A stretch of 32,000 nucleotides of DNA from positions 30,001 through 62,000 of the forward strand of contig CAZETV010000002.1 in assembly GCA_964514965.1 (NCBI GenBank), written 5' to 3'. Shown here in pieces: positions 20,107 through 28,262 of this stretch. The notes under the pieces were generated by a model. The model was not told where the DNA came from. It saw only the letters and a list, made by a program, of their open reading frames with translations, and ran no database searches. The stretch's first letter is position 1. Each line of letters opens with the position of its first letter. This DNA is from Candidatus Hadarchaeota archaeon (GTDB lineage: Archaea > Hadarchaeota > Hadarchaeia > Hadarchaeales > Hadarchaeaceae). The position numbers and the translations under genes were made by a program.

Positions 20107-20430
20107 CTACGCCACGGGTTTGCCACCTTTGAGCATAACTTCCCTTCCGTCGTCGCCCTCATCGTAGAGCACCCAAGTAAGCCTAGGTGTCGCTGCAGAC
20201 ATGCGTCTCACCGTTAGAACAATCCGTAGTCTTTCCTCGCGGCTGCGAACTTGGGTGAATCCCCATCGAGCGTCGCGCGGCTCCATTCCTTCGAGGATAT
20301 CTGATTTCCGCCACAGCTTTATGCGTTCGTTAAAACTGCGTTGCATGTTGAACTCCTCCTTAAGAGCCCGAAGCGCTTGGAGTTCACCGGGGCAAACGGC
20401 TTCGAGGGTCTGATAATGAATCAGTTCCAT
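20107..20430 (-). CDS. Hypothetical protein (orphan partner of the downstream Cas2-like ORF)
   Basis: Start at internal ATG 20430 (MELIHYQTLEAVCPGELQALRALKEEF...) is supported by a TATA-like TTTATAAA at 20461-20468; ORF track start 20475 would lie too close to that box. Confidence 0.55.
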   Translation of the reverse strand: MELIHYQTLEAVCPGELQALRALKEEFNMQRSFNERIKLWRKSDILEGMEPRDARWGFTQVRSREERLRIVLTVRRMSAATPRLTWVLYDEGDDGREVMLKGGKPVA

Positions 20431-20538
20431 TTCTCCCGCCGAGGAGTTGGGTGGGGGTTGTTTATAAAGATGCAAATTTTAGCCATGTGCCTTGCCGACA
20501 ATCGTTTATGGACACGTGGCTATTCTGAAGTGAACGAT

Positions 20539-20802
20539 ATGCCAGAAATTTACTATGTTTACCTTCTGATGAGCCTGAAGGACGAGAAGTTTTACACGGG
20601 GCAGACCACCAACCTCAAAAATCGTCTCGCACAGCACAATCGAGGCAGGGTGCGTTCGACCAAGGCAAGAAGACCGTTCAAACTCGTCTATTGGGAATCT
20701 CTCGAAACGCGCAGCGCCGCAATGAAACGTGAGCGCAAGTTGAAATCACTCAAACACGCTTATAAACTGAAGTTGGTCAAAGTGTTCAACGAGGTAAAAT
20801 AG
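20539..20802 (+). CDS. GIY-YIG domain nuclease-like protein (UPF0213/YhbQ type)
   Basis: MPEIYYVYLLMSLKDEKFYTGQTTNLKNRLAQHNRGRVRSTKARRPFKLVYWE; ORF track starts at 20341, ATG at 20539 fits the domain. Confidence 0.9.
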   Translation: MPEIYYVYLLMSLKDEKFYTGQTTNLKNRLAQHNRGRVRSTKARRPFKLVYWESLETRSAAMKRERKLKSLKHAYKLKLVKVFNEVK

Positions 20803-20849
20803 ATCAGATATATTTTTTAAGCGTCAAAATAACCTAATCTGGGATTTAG

Positions 20850-21353
20850 TTGGGGGAAAGAGCTTTAGGTTGGGGTCTAAAACTGCTTGGAATAGCTCTG
20901 TTTGTGGGCCCGTTCCTCGCAGCATTTGCTATTCACAACTGGGACCTTCAAGCGACCGTGATGCCGAGTCAAGAGGAAATGAATGACTTGGAGGAAACGG
21001 TGAGTGGATTATTTGGTGGGGGGTTCTCAGAAAACACATTTACATTAGAGAATCCAACCTACAGCGGCGGGATGATTCAGATACATGTGAGATTCACATC
21101 TCCCCTCAATCTACCAATTAAGATTACAAATATCTCCATTACTGTATCAGACCAAGGTCTAGTAGTGGCTCACGTGGAGATGGAGGAGACTGAGGTAGAA
21201 ATTTCCGCCAATGAACCGGTGAATTTTACACTAATCGGATCGTACACGGGAACACCTCTGGTTGATCCACAGTTCACCGACATGGACATAACACTTGAGG
21301 CTTACGGCGTAACTTTACAGTTACAAATGGTGCAGGGCGGGGGGGTCGCCTAG
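20850..21353 (+). CDS. Membrane-anchored protein with LEA2-like extracytoplasmic domain
   Basis: 167 aa; one N-terminal TM segment, then beta-rich region (SPLNLPIKITNISITVSDQG...VNFTLIGSYTG). Confidence 0.55.
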   Translation: MGERALGWGLKLLGIALFVGPFLAAFAIHNWDLQATVMPSQEEMNDLEETVSGLFGGGFSENTFTLENPTYSGGMIQIHVRFTSPLNLPIKITNISITVSDQGLVVAHVEMEETEVEISANEPVNFTLIGSYTGTPLVDPQFTDMDITLEAYGVTLQLQMVQGGGVA

Positions 21354-21354
21354 G

Positions 21355-22038
21355 ATGGAAACTATCTTCCCTAAGACTACCCGCGGGCCAAAGAGGCGCT
21401 TGGGGTCTATAAACTGGTTTGGTCTGGTCGCTGGCGCGTTGATGCTGATAATACCGTTTCTGGGTCCGTGGTGGCAAGCCACGGTCGGAACCGGAGCAAT
21501 GGAAGTCGCTCTCTCTCCATTCGACTACAGTATAAGTTTGTTGGGACAGCCAATCTCTTCGACATTGGTAGGATACTTCCTCTTGGCGGCTAAACTCTCG
21601 GTCATAATCGGAGGGTTGCTGATGATTGTCGGCTCCGTGGGGGCCAAGCGATGGTGGGGCCGGCGATTAGTTCGATTCGGGGCGATGAAAGTGTTTTGGA
21701 TGCTTATTGGGCTCATCGTGTTGCTAGTGTTGGGTGCCTTTCTATTGAACAGCATCTTGCCCGGTATGCTTTCCGGCATGGCGGGTGGAGCCGGAGGCGT
21801 GACGATGCAAATAAATGCGCCCTATATCATCGGGAGCACAATGTCAACTGTTCAGATCGGCACCATGGCAACCATAACTGCTCCGATAACTGCCTCCCTC
21901 ACTTGGGTCTTTTGGTTCGCCGTAGTTGTAGCTGCATTGGGTTTCGCGGCGCGGATATACCACCGACGGTTTACGGTGCCTAAGAAACTAATGGTAAAGT
22001 CAGCGAAAGATGAGGCAACAGAAGTGCCCCTTATATAA
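21355..22038 (+). CDS. Multi-pass membrane protein, unknown function
   Basis: 227 aa; about four hydrophobic segments; starts 1 nt after the previous stop. Confidence 0.6.
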   Translation: METIFPKTTRGPKRRLGSINWFGLVAGALMLIIPFLGPWWQATVGTGAMEVALSPFDYSISLLGQPISSTLVGYFLLAAKLSVIIGGLLMIVGSVGAKRWWGRRLVRFGAMKVFWMLIGLIVLLVLGAFLLNSILPGMLSGMAGGAGGVTMQINAPYIIGSTMSTVQIGTMATITAPITASLTWVFWFAVVVAALGFAARIYHRRFTVPKKLMVKSAKDEATEVPLI

Positions 22039-22104
22039 CAAGGAATCCGAACAAACAAAAATAAAATCTTTATTTTGAGTGTTATCAGTCCCATCATTTA
22101 CTCG

Positions 22105-22134
22105 ATATGCAAAAATCTTGTTCATTTTGCATAT
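22105..22134. repeat. 10-bp perfect inverted repeat just 3' of tRNA-Gly
   Basis: atatgcaaaa (22105-22114) / ttttgcatat (22125-22134), 10-nt loop. Confidence 0.6.
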
Positions 22135-22140
22135 TTTTGA

Positions 22141-22217
22141 TGGTGCGGCCGGCGGGATTCGAACCCGCGCTACAGGCTTGGAGGGCCTGAGTCCTAGCCA
22201 GGCTGGACCACGACCGC
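22141..22217 (-). tRNA. tRNA-Gly(TCC), CCA encoded
   Basis: Minus strand GCGGTCGTGGTCCAGCCTGGCTAGGACTCAGGCCCTCCAAGCCTGTAGCGCGGGTTCGAATCCCGCCGGCCGCACCA. Acceptor (7 bp incl. U-G), D-stem GTCC/GGAC, anticodon stem CAGGC/GCCTG, loop CCTCCAA, T-stem GCGGG/CCCGC with TTCGAAT. Confidence 0.94.
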
Positions 22218-22272
22218 ACAAATTACACCTTCATTCCACACAAATTAAGCTTTTAAAATTTTATCGGCAATG

Positions 22273-22289
22273 ATGTAGTGGTGCTACAT
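22273..22289. promoter_or_regulatory. Palindromic operator-like site upstream of padR
   Basis: ATGTAGtggtgCTACAT, directly upstream of a TATA-like gttatatag (22291-22299) and about 30 nt from the start codon. Confidence 0.55.
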
Positions 22290-22320
22290 AGTTATATAGC
22301 GGCAATACATATTAGATTCG

Positions 22321-22674
22321 ATGCCCATGAAAAACAAAGATAGTGAGTGGCGAGCCAACTTACACAGAGAGATGAGGCGAGGATTTCTGAGTATGTGGAT
22401 GCTTTGGACCTTGAAGAAGAAAGGAACCAGAATGTACGGTTATGAAATCATCCAAGCTCTTCGGGAGAAATGGGGAGGTAGGTGGGAGCCAAAAGCTGGG
22501 ACGATATATCCTATTCTACGAAGGCTTGAAAAGAAAGGTTTTGTAAAGAGCGAGTGGACTACACCCAAGACCAAAGGATTAAGCCGTCGGTACTACAAAA
22601 TTACCTTGAATGGAGTAAAGGCCGCCGAAGCGATATTTTCTGAGTGGAAAAAGATGATGGTGGGCTTCAAATAA
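22321..22674 (+). CDS. PadR-family transcriptional regulator
   Basis: 117 aa; REMRRGFLSMWMLWTLKKKGTRMYGYEIIQAL...GTIYPILRRLEKKGFVKSEW...LSRRYYKITLNG. Confidence 0.93.
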   Translation: MPMKNKDSEWRANLHREMRRGFLSMWMLWTLKKKGTRMYGYEIIQALREKWGGRWEPKAGTIYPILRRLEKKGFVKSEWTTPKTKGLSRRYYKITLNGVKAAEAIFSEWKKMMVGFK

Positions 22675-22716
22675 TTTCTCCATGAACTCTTCGGGGTTGA
22701 TTGAAGAGGTGAGAAA

Positions 22717-23706
22717 ATGAGTTACGCGATAGAAACATACAACTTAACACGAAAATTTAACGATATGGTGGCAGTCGACAATGTGAAGCTTCAAATAGAA
22801 AAAGGCGAGCTCTTTGGGCTCCTGGGCCCCAACGGAGCGGGCAAGACCACACTCATTCACATGCTTTGTACGATCCTGCCCCCAACTGAAGGCACTGCAA
22901 AGGTGGCAGGCTTCAATATCCGCGATAAACAAGATTCGGTTCGAAAATCAATCGGCATAACCTTTCAGGACCCCTCCCTCGATAACCGTCTCACGGGCAG
23001 GGAGAACCTCGACTTTCACGGGCGGATCTATGGGATGGACAAAACCCAGCGAGATAAGCGAATTGCCGAAGTCCTAAGACTTGTAGGATTAGAGAACCGT
23101 GCAAACGCTCTGGCGCAAACCTACTCAAGCGGGATGCGGAGGAGGCTTGAGATAGCAAGAGGACTCATGCACCGCCCGAAGATAATGTTCTTGGACGAGC
23201 CCACTCTTGGACTAGACCCCCAGACGCGCAGAACCATCTGGAACCACATCCAGATGCTCAGCAAACAGGAAAAGATCACGATTTTGTTGACGACGCACTA
23301 CATGGAAGAAGCCGATTACCTCTGCAACCGAGTTGGTATCATCGATCACGGACGGATTATAGCGCTTGATAAGCCAGAGAAGCTCAAGGACCAGCTCGAA
23401 GGTGATATAGTTTCTCTAGAAGTTTCCCAGCCGAAAAAGTACGTTGAGATTTTCAAAGGTAGCAAGTACGTGAAGGAAGTAACGATAGTTGGGGACTATT
23501 TGCGCCTCACCGTCACTGGCGGCGAGAAGACAATCCCGAAGCTGATGGAGATAGTCACAAGACGTGGGGACAAGGTGCGCTCGGTGGGTTTGAGAAGCCC
23601 AACACTTGAAGACGTTTTCATCCGCTACACGGGTAGGGGAATCCGCGAGGAAGAGAGTGGAGTAAAGGAGCGAATGCGCATGCGGATGAGGAGACACATG
23701 AGGTGA
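22717..23706 (+). CDS. ABC transporter ATP-binding protein (DrrA-like multidrug efflux type)
   Basis: 329 aa; Walker A GPNGAGKTT, signature YSSGMRRRLEIARGL, Walker B IMFLDEPTLGLD, DrrA-like TLEDVFIRYTGR tail. Confidence 0.96.
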   Translation: MSYAIETYNLTRKFNDMVAVDNVKLQIEKGELFGLLGPNGAGKTTLIHMLCTILPPTEGTAKVAGFNIRDKQDSVRKSIGITFQDPSLDNRLTGRENLDFHGRIYGMDKTQRDKRIAEVLRLVGLENRANALAQTYSSGMRRRLEIARGLMHRPKIMFLDEPTLGLDPQTRRTIWNHIQMLSKQEKITILLTTHYMEEADYLCNRVGIIDHGRIIALDKPEKLKDQLEGDIVSLEVSQPKKYVEIFKGSKYVKEVTIVGDYLRLTVTGGEKTIPKLMEIVTRRGDKVRSVGLRSPTLEDVFIRYTGRGIREEESGVKERMRMRMRRHMR

Positions 23707-23710
23707 CCGG

Positions 23711-24469
23711 ATGAGCGCCCAAGCGGTTTACGTGCTCTGGCTTCGCGACATGAAGTGGTTCCTGCGAGCTAGAGCTAGGATAATATCAACTTTCGTGATG
23801 CCATTCTTCTTTCTCACGATATTGGGGGTAGGCTTGGGAGGGATGATCCAGATGCCAGGGGGCGAAAGTTTCATCGATTGGCTGGCTCCGGGGATAGTTG
23901 GTATGGCAATTCTCTTCAGTGCAACGATGTCAGGCGTTTCGGTTCTGTGGGACAAGCAGTTCGGGTTCATGAAAGAAATCCTAGTCGCTCCGGTCTCGCG
24001 ATTATCTATCATGCTCGGCAAGACATTCGGAGGGGCAACGACTTCAATCATTCAAGGGTTATTGCTATTTTTCATCGCCGGATTGATCGGGGTAAAGATG
24101 CCGGGTGTGGCGGGTTTCCTCCTAGCTTTCCTTTTCATGGTCATTCTAGCGCTGGGTTTTGTCAGTCTGGGGCTGGCAATCGCGTCTAGGCTAGATGACC
24201 CGGTGGCGTTCCCAATCGTGATGAACTTTCTCGTCATGCCACTCTTTTTCCTCTCGGGGGCTTTTTTCATGATTAACACCGCGCCCGGATGGTTGCAAAC
24301 CTTTGCGTACTTTAACCCAGTAACCTACGGGGTAGATGGACTGCGGGGAGCTATCCTCGGGGGTTCTTACTCTCAGTTCCCGCTATGGCTGGACTTCGCT
24401 GTTTTGGCAATCTTCTCGTTGCTAATGATCTTATTGGGCGCATATCTGTTCAAAAAAACGAAAGCATAA
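23711..24469 (+). CDS. ABC-2 type transporter permease
   Basis: 252 aa; multi-pass; FLTILGVGLGG...MLGKTFGGATTSIIQG...PLFFLSGAFF; adjacent to ATPase gene. Confidence 0.92.
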   Translation: MSAQAVYVLWLRDMKWFLRARARIISTFVMPFFFLTILGVGLGGMIQMPGGESFIDWLAPGIVGMAILFSATMSGVSVLWDKQFGFMKEILVAPVSRLSIMLGKTFGGATTSIIQGLLLFFIAGLIGVKMPGVAGFLLAFLFMVILALGFVSLGLAIASRLDDPVAFPIVMNFLVMPLFFLSGAFFMINTAPGWLQTFAYFNPVTYGVDGLRGAILGGSYSQFPLWLDFAVLAIFSLLMILLGAYLFKKTKA

Positions 24470-24738
24470 AAATTTGAAAGCTATGATTCCCGACTAGCGC
24501 GCTGCTCGCTCTGACAGTGTTTATCCCGATTATTCTCGAATCTTCAAGGCTTCTACTTAAGCATGACAACTAAGGCCGAGGCCACTATCGAAAGAACGAA
24601 GAGAATGACGAGGATCAGCGCCAAAAGTGTTTTCGTGCTTTCTTTCATCTCAGCCACCTTAATTGTCTCACAGTATCGGACTAAATTTATACGCCATGCA
24701 GATATTAACACATTTGTAAACGTTCAAAGGGTGAGGTT

Positions 24739-24960
24739 GTGCCCATTGAAGGTTATGCGGAGTACAAAAGCAGGGAATTTTGCAAGGATGTGAAGTGCCC
24801 AGTCCAGCTTCTGCTTGACACCAGGGAAAAAGGGTCGGAAGAGCACGAGAGAATACGCAAGATATGCAAGGCGGGATGTTTGCACACTACCCGTGAGTTT
24901 CACTACTGGTTGATTGACAAAGGATATTTAATCGTGAAACCAGAAAAGAAAGAGGTGTGA
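24739..24960 (+). CDS. Small cysteine-containing protein, 73 aa
   Basis: Cysteines in FCKDVKCPVQ and ICKAGCLHTTREFHYWLIDKGYLIVK; overlaps next gene by 4 nt; TATA-like aaatttatac at about 24684-24693. Confidence 0.6.
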   Translation: MPIEGYAEYKSREFCKDVKCPVQLLLDTREKGSEEHERIRKICKAGCLHTTREFHYWLIDKGYLIVKPEKKEV

Positions 24961-25766
24961 ATATGGATTGGGGAATGAAAAACAGACTTGCTCAACTGAT
25001 CCAACGTGACGGCAAGGCTCTCTTCTTGCCTATAGATCACGGGTATTTTCAAGGCCCCACACGTAAATTAGAAGAACCCGGTAAAACAGTCGGGCCCCTT
25101 CTCCCTTACACGGATGCGATCATGCTCACGAGGGGAATACTGCGATCTTCAATAGACCCCAATAACACCAAACCGGTTATTCTCAGAGTCTCTGGCGGCA
25201 CGAGCATGGCTAGAAAAGAGGAACTATCTCACGAGGGGATTACCACCTCTGTGAAAGAAGCTATCCGGCTCAACGCCAGCGCGGTGTCCCTATCCATCTT
25301 CGTGGGCAGCGAGCATGAGCACGAAACTCTGTTGAATTTATCGAATCTCGTCAACGAGTGCGAGGAGTACGGTATTCCAGTAATGGCAGTCACGGCTGTT
25401 GGCAAAGAGCTCGAAAAGCGTGAAGCACGATATCTCGCTTTGGCCTGCAGGATAGCCGCGGAGTTGGGCGCGCGGGTGGTTAAAACGTACTATTGTAAAG
25501 AGGGTTTTGAAAAGGTCACAAGAGGTTGCCCCGTCCCGGTGGTCATAGCGGGTGGACCAAAAGCAGAGTCCGAGCTTGAAGTATTCGAATTCATTCACGA
25601 TGGGATTCAGAAGGGTTCCATAGGCGTGAATTTGGGGCGAAACGTTTGGCAGCACGATTACCCAGTGGCAATGATTCGCGCGATTCGTTCGATAATACAT
25701 GAAGGCGCCACTCCGAAAGAAGCGCAGAAATTATTCGACGAAATTAAAAGCGGCAAGAAAAAGTGA
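24957..25766 (+). CDS. DhnA/LsrF-type class I aldolase family (3-hydroxy-5-phosphonooxypentane-2,4-dione thiolase-like)
   Basis: 269 aa; DGKALFLPIDHGYFQGPTRKLE, DAIMLTRGILRS, RIAAELGARVVKTYYCKEGFEKVTRGCPVPVVIAGG. Confidence 0.85.
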   Translation: MNMDWGMKNRLAQLIQRDGKALFLPIDHGYFQGPTRKLEEPGKTVGPLLPYTDAIMLTRGILRSSIDPNNTKPVILRVSGGTSMARKEELSHEGITTSVKEAIRLNASAVSLSIFVGSEHEHETLLNLSNLVNECEEYGIPVMAVTAVGKELEKREARYLALACRIAAELGARVVKTYYCKEGFEKVTRGCPVPVVIAGGPKAESELEVFEFIHDGIQKGSIGVNLGRNVWQHDYPVAMIRAIRSIIHEGATPKEAQKLFDEIKSGKKK

Positions 25767-25883
25767 CGTGTGCTATAAAGTCGTAATTTTCTCTTGCAAA
25801 CCTTTACACAATTTTTTTATAACATGAAGTTAAATAATGGATATCAGCAACCGAGATGGATAAATCGATAGTGAGGTGGTTTT

Positions 25884-26120
25884 ATGAAAAAGTTGGTAAA
25901 AGTTTACTCTACATCCACATGCCCTTACTGTGCTATGGCTAAAGCATTTTTGAAGGAGAAAAATATTCCTTTTGAAGATGTAGACGTGGGAGCCAATCCT
26001 GAAGCGGCAAATGAGATGATTGAAAAATCAGGCCAGATGGGCGTGCCGGTAATTGAAATTGACGGTAAGATAATAGTTGGATTTAACAAGGAAGCAATTT
26101 CTCAGGAATTAGGAATCTAG
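25884..26120 (+). CDS. Glutaredoxin-like protein (CPYC)
   Basis: 78 aa; VYSTSTCPYCAMAKAFLKEKNIPFEDVDVG...GVPVIEIDGKIIVGF. Confidence 0.93.
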   Translation: MKKLVKVYSTSTCPYCAMAKAFLKEKNIPFEDVDVGANPEAANEMIEKSGQMGVPVIEIDGKIIVGFNKEAISQELGI

Positions 26121-27020
26121 GTGTATGATCTAATTATCATCGGAGCAGGTCCCGCGGGCATAACCGCCAGTGTTTACGCGGCAAGAAAAAGAATGAATTT
26201 TTTGGTTATTACTCGTGACATTGGAGGGCAAGCAGCGTTAAGTTACGATATAAAAAATTACGTCGGTTATCAGTTTATTACCGGGCCAGCTCTGGCGCAA
26301 AAATTTAGAGAACATCTGAAGCAATTCAATGTAGAAGCGAAAGAGGGAGAAAGTGTAACCTTAATAAATAAAGAAGGCGATATTGTAAAAGTGAAAACGG
26401 ACAAAGGAGAATATACTGCGAAAACTGGGATTATATCTTCTGGAAGAGTTCCAAGAAAATTGGTCGTTGAAGGAGAAGAAGAATTTAAAAATAGGGGAGT
26501 TACATACTGTGCCACTTGTGACGGCCCTTTATTTGCAGATAAAGAGGTTGCGGTAATCGGAGGCGGAAATTCCGCTTTAGATGCGGTGCTTCAATTAATC
26601 AAAATCGCAAAAAAAATTTATCTTATTAACATCGGGGCAAAATTGCAGGCTGACCCGATAATGATTGAGAAGGCAAAAAATAGTGAAAAGGTGGCCATTT
26701 ACAATAGCACGAAAGTGGAAAAGATTAACGGCGACACATTTGTTAAAGGAATCAAAATATCCAGAGAAGGAAAAGAAGAGAACTTAGCAGTGGAAGGAAT
26801 ATTTATCGAAATCGGCTCAACTCCTTCCTCTGATTTCATGAAGAATATAGAAAAAAATGAGATGGGGGAAATAGTAGTAAATTGTAAATGTGAAACCAGT
26901 ATTCCTGGGATTTTTGCTGCCGGTGATGTGACGAATGTTTATGCCAAGCAGATAATAGTAGCATGTGGGGAAGGGGCTAAAGCTGCTCTGGCTAGTTTTG
27001 AATACATAAGTAAAAAATAA
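26121..27020 (+). CDS. trxB: Thioredoxin-disulfide reductase family flavoprotein
   Basis: 299 aa; IIIGAGPAGITASVYAAR, TYCATCDGPLF, VIGGGNSALDAV, GIFAAGDVTN. GTG start abutting the previous stop. Confidence 0.94.
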   Translation: MYDLIIIGAGPAGITASVYAARKRMNFLVITRDIGGQAALSYDIKNYVGYQFITGPALAQKFREHLKQFNVEAKEGESVTLINKEGDIVKVKTDKGEYTAKTGIISSGRVPRKLVVEGEEEFKNRGVTYCATCDGPLFADKEVAVIGGGNSALDAVLQLIKIAKKIYLINIGAKLQADPIMIEKAKNSEKVAIYNSTKVEKINGDTFVKGIKISREGKEENLAVEGIFIEIGSTPSSDFMKNIEKNEMGEIVVNCKCETSIPGIFAAGDVTNVYAKQIIVACGEGAKAALASFEYISKK

Positions 27021-27087
27021 GTTTGTTCAAGAACCCACCTGAGTCGTTTTAGAAAGCATAGTAATAAAACGCGGCGAATAACTAAAA

Positions 27088-27591
27088 ATGGAAGTTATTT
27101 TGAAAAAACACATAACTTGGAAATCGCGCACGACTTGGCTGGAGAAACTGGAGAAAAAGCAAGAGCCCAAAGTAGTAAAGGTTCCGCCAAAAATGAGAAA
27201 AAGATTTGGGTCGGGAACGATGCTTGTCGCAACGCCTCTTCTTGTCGACGCATTAATTCGGAAAGTTAAAAAAGGAAAACTTGTCACCGTGACCCAAATC
27301 ATGAAACGATTGGCAAAAGATTTCCATGCTGATTCTACTTGCCCGATGACTACTGGAATTTTCATTCGAATCGCAGCCGAAGCAGCAGAAGAGAACCTCC
27401 GGAGCGGAAATAAAAAAATAACTCCCTACTGGCGGGTACTCAAGAAAGAAGGCAGATTGAACGAAAAATTCCCGGGCGGTACAAAAGCACAAGCTGCCCG
27501 CCTGAAAAAGGAGGGGCACACGATTCAACTAGGGAAAGATAAAACACCAATTAAGGTAAAAGATTTTGAAAAATCCTTACAGAAGCTCTGA
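27088..27591 (+). CDS. MGMT/alkyltransferase-like DNA-binding fold protein without active-site cysteine
   Basis: 167 aa; C-terminal ITPYWRVLKKEGRLNEKFPGGTKAQAARLKKEG aligns by eye to MGMT PCHRVI..dGxlgGy.gG...K..LLxxEG. Confidence 0.65.
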   Translation: MEVILKKHITWKSRTTWLEKLEKKQEPKVVKVPPKMRKRFGSGTMLVATPLLVDALIRKVKKGKLVTVTQIMKRLAKDFHADSTCPMTTGIFIRIAAEAAEENLRSGNKKITPYWRVLKKEGRLNEKFPGGTKAQAARLKKEGHTIQLGKDKTPIKVKDFEKSLQKL

Positions 27592-27664
27592 TTTTTGTAA
27601 ATTTTCGCAGGGATTGAGTTTGACGGTTGCACATTTCAGCTCGGGATACGCACAGACCTTGAAC

Positions 27665-28258
27665 TCAAACCGATTCCATATTTGATATTTTCCATTTGTC
27701 CCCAACTTTGGTGAGGTATACGTTTCCGACGTATTCTGCGGTGTTGTTGTAAGCCTCAGCATTGCTAATGGTATCTTTCTCCCTGCAGTAGAGAGTAGCT
27801 TCTGTGTCAGTCTTAGATGTTGTTCTTAGCTCGAGTATTTCGATTTGATAAGTAAAGTTGGAGTACTCAGATTTTATCTGGTTGTAGCTGGCTTCTTGGA
27901 TGCTGTTATAATAATCCATAATCTCTCCCGTGCACAATTCCCTCGCATTAGCGAAGTCACCTTTCTCTATCGCGGCTGCGTAACTTCGCACAACATCTTC
28001 TGGGCCTGATTCGCCGAAGCGAAGGCCCCCCGTCAACGCAAGAACCGCTATCGCTAAGACGACACCGACGATTGCCACTACCACAACCACTGGCATCGTT
28101 CGTGACTTCCCAGTCTGAAGTTTAACTGGGGCTTTAGGCGCCTCAGCGGGTTTTCTCGCTGGCGCACGAGCCACTTTTGGCAAGGGGGCACCGCAGCTCT
28201 CGCAAAATTGAGCGTCATCACTATTTTTTGCCTCGCATTTTTCGCAATACTTTGCCAT
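27665..28258 (-). CDS. Zinc-ribbon, single-TM protein with DUF4878/NTF2-like extracytoplasmic domain
   Basis: 197 aa; MAKYCEKCEAKNSDDAQFCESCGAPLP, TM VVVVVAIVGVVLAIAVLALTGGL, then EDVVRSYAAAIEKGDFANARELCT...VGDKWKI. Confidence 0.75.
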   Translation of the reverse strand: MAKYCEKCEAKNSDDAQFCESCGAPLPKVARAPARKPAEAPKAPVKLQTGKSRTMPVVVVVAIVGVVLAIAVLALTGGLRFGESGPEDVVRSYAAAIEKGDFANARELCTGEIMDYYNSIQEASYNQIKSEYSNFTYQIEILELRTTSKTDTEATLYCREKDTISNAEAYNNTAEYVGNVYLTKVGDKWKISNMESV

Positions 28259-28262
28259 TTCT

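Noticed and set aside
22000-22273. ORFs 22000..22221 (-) and 22079..22273 (-) with AGGIRTRATGLEGLSPSQ-like translation
   Set aside because: They are read-through of the tRNA-Gly sequence, a well-known spurious ORF signature over tRNAs.
24563-24793. ORF 24563..24793 (+), 76 aa with one hydrophobic stretch
   Set aside because: A TATA-like element and the GTG of the 73-aa ORF lie inside it, and it overlaps that ORF; probably noncoding.
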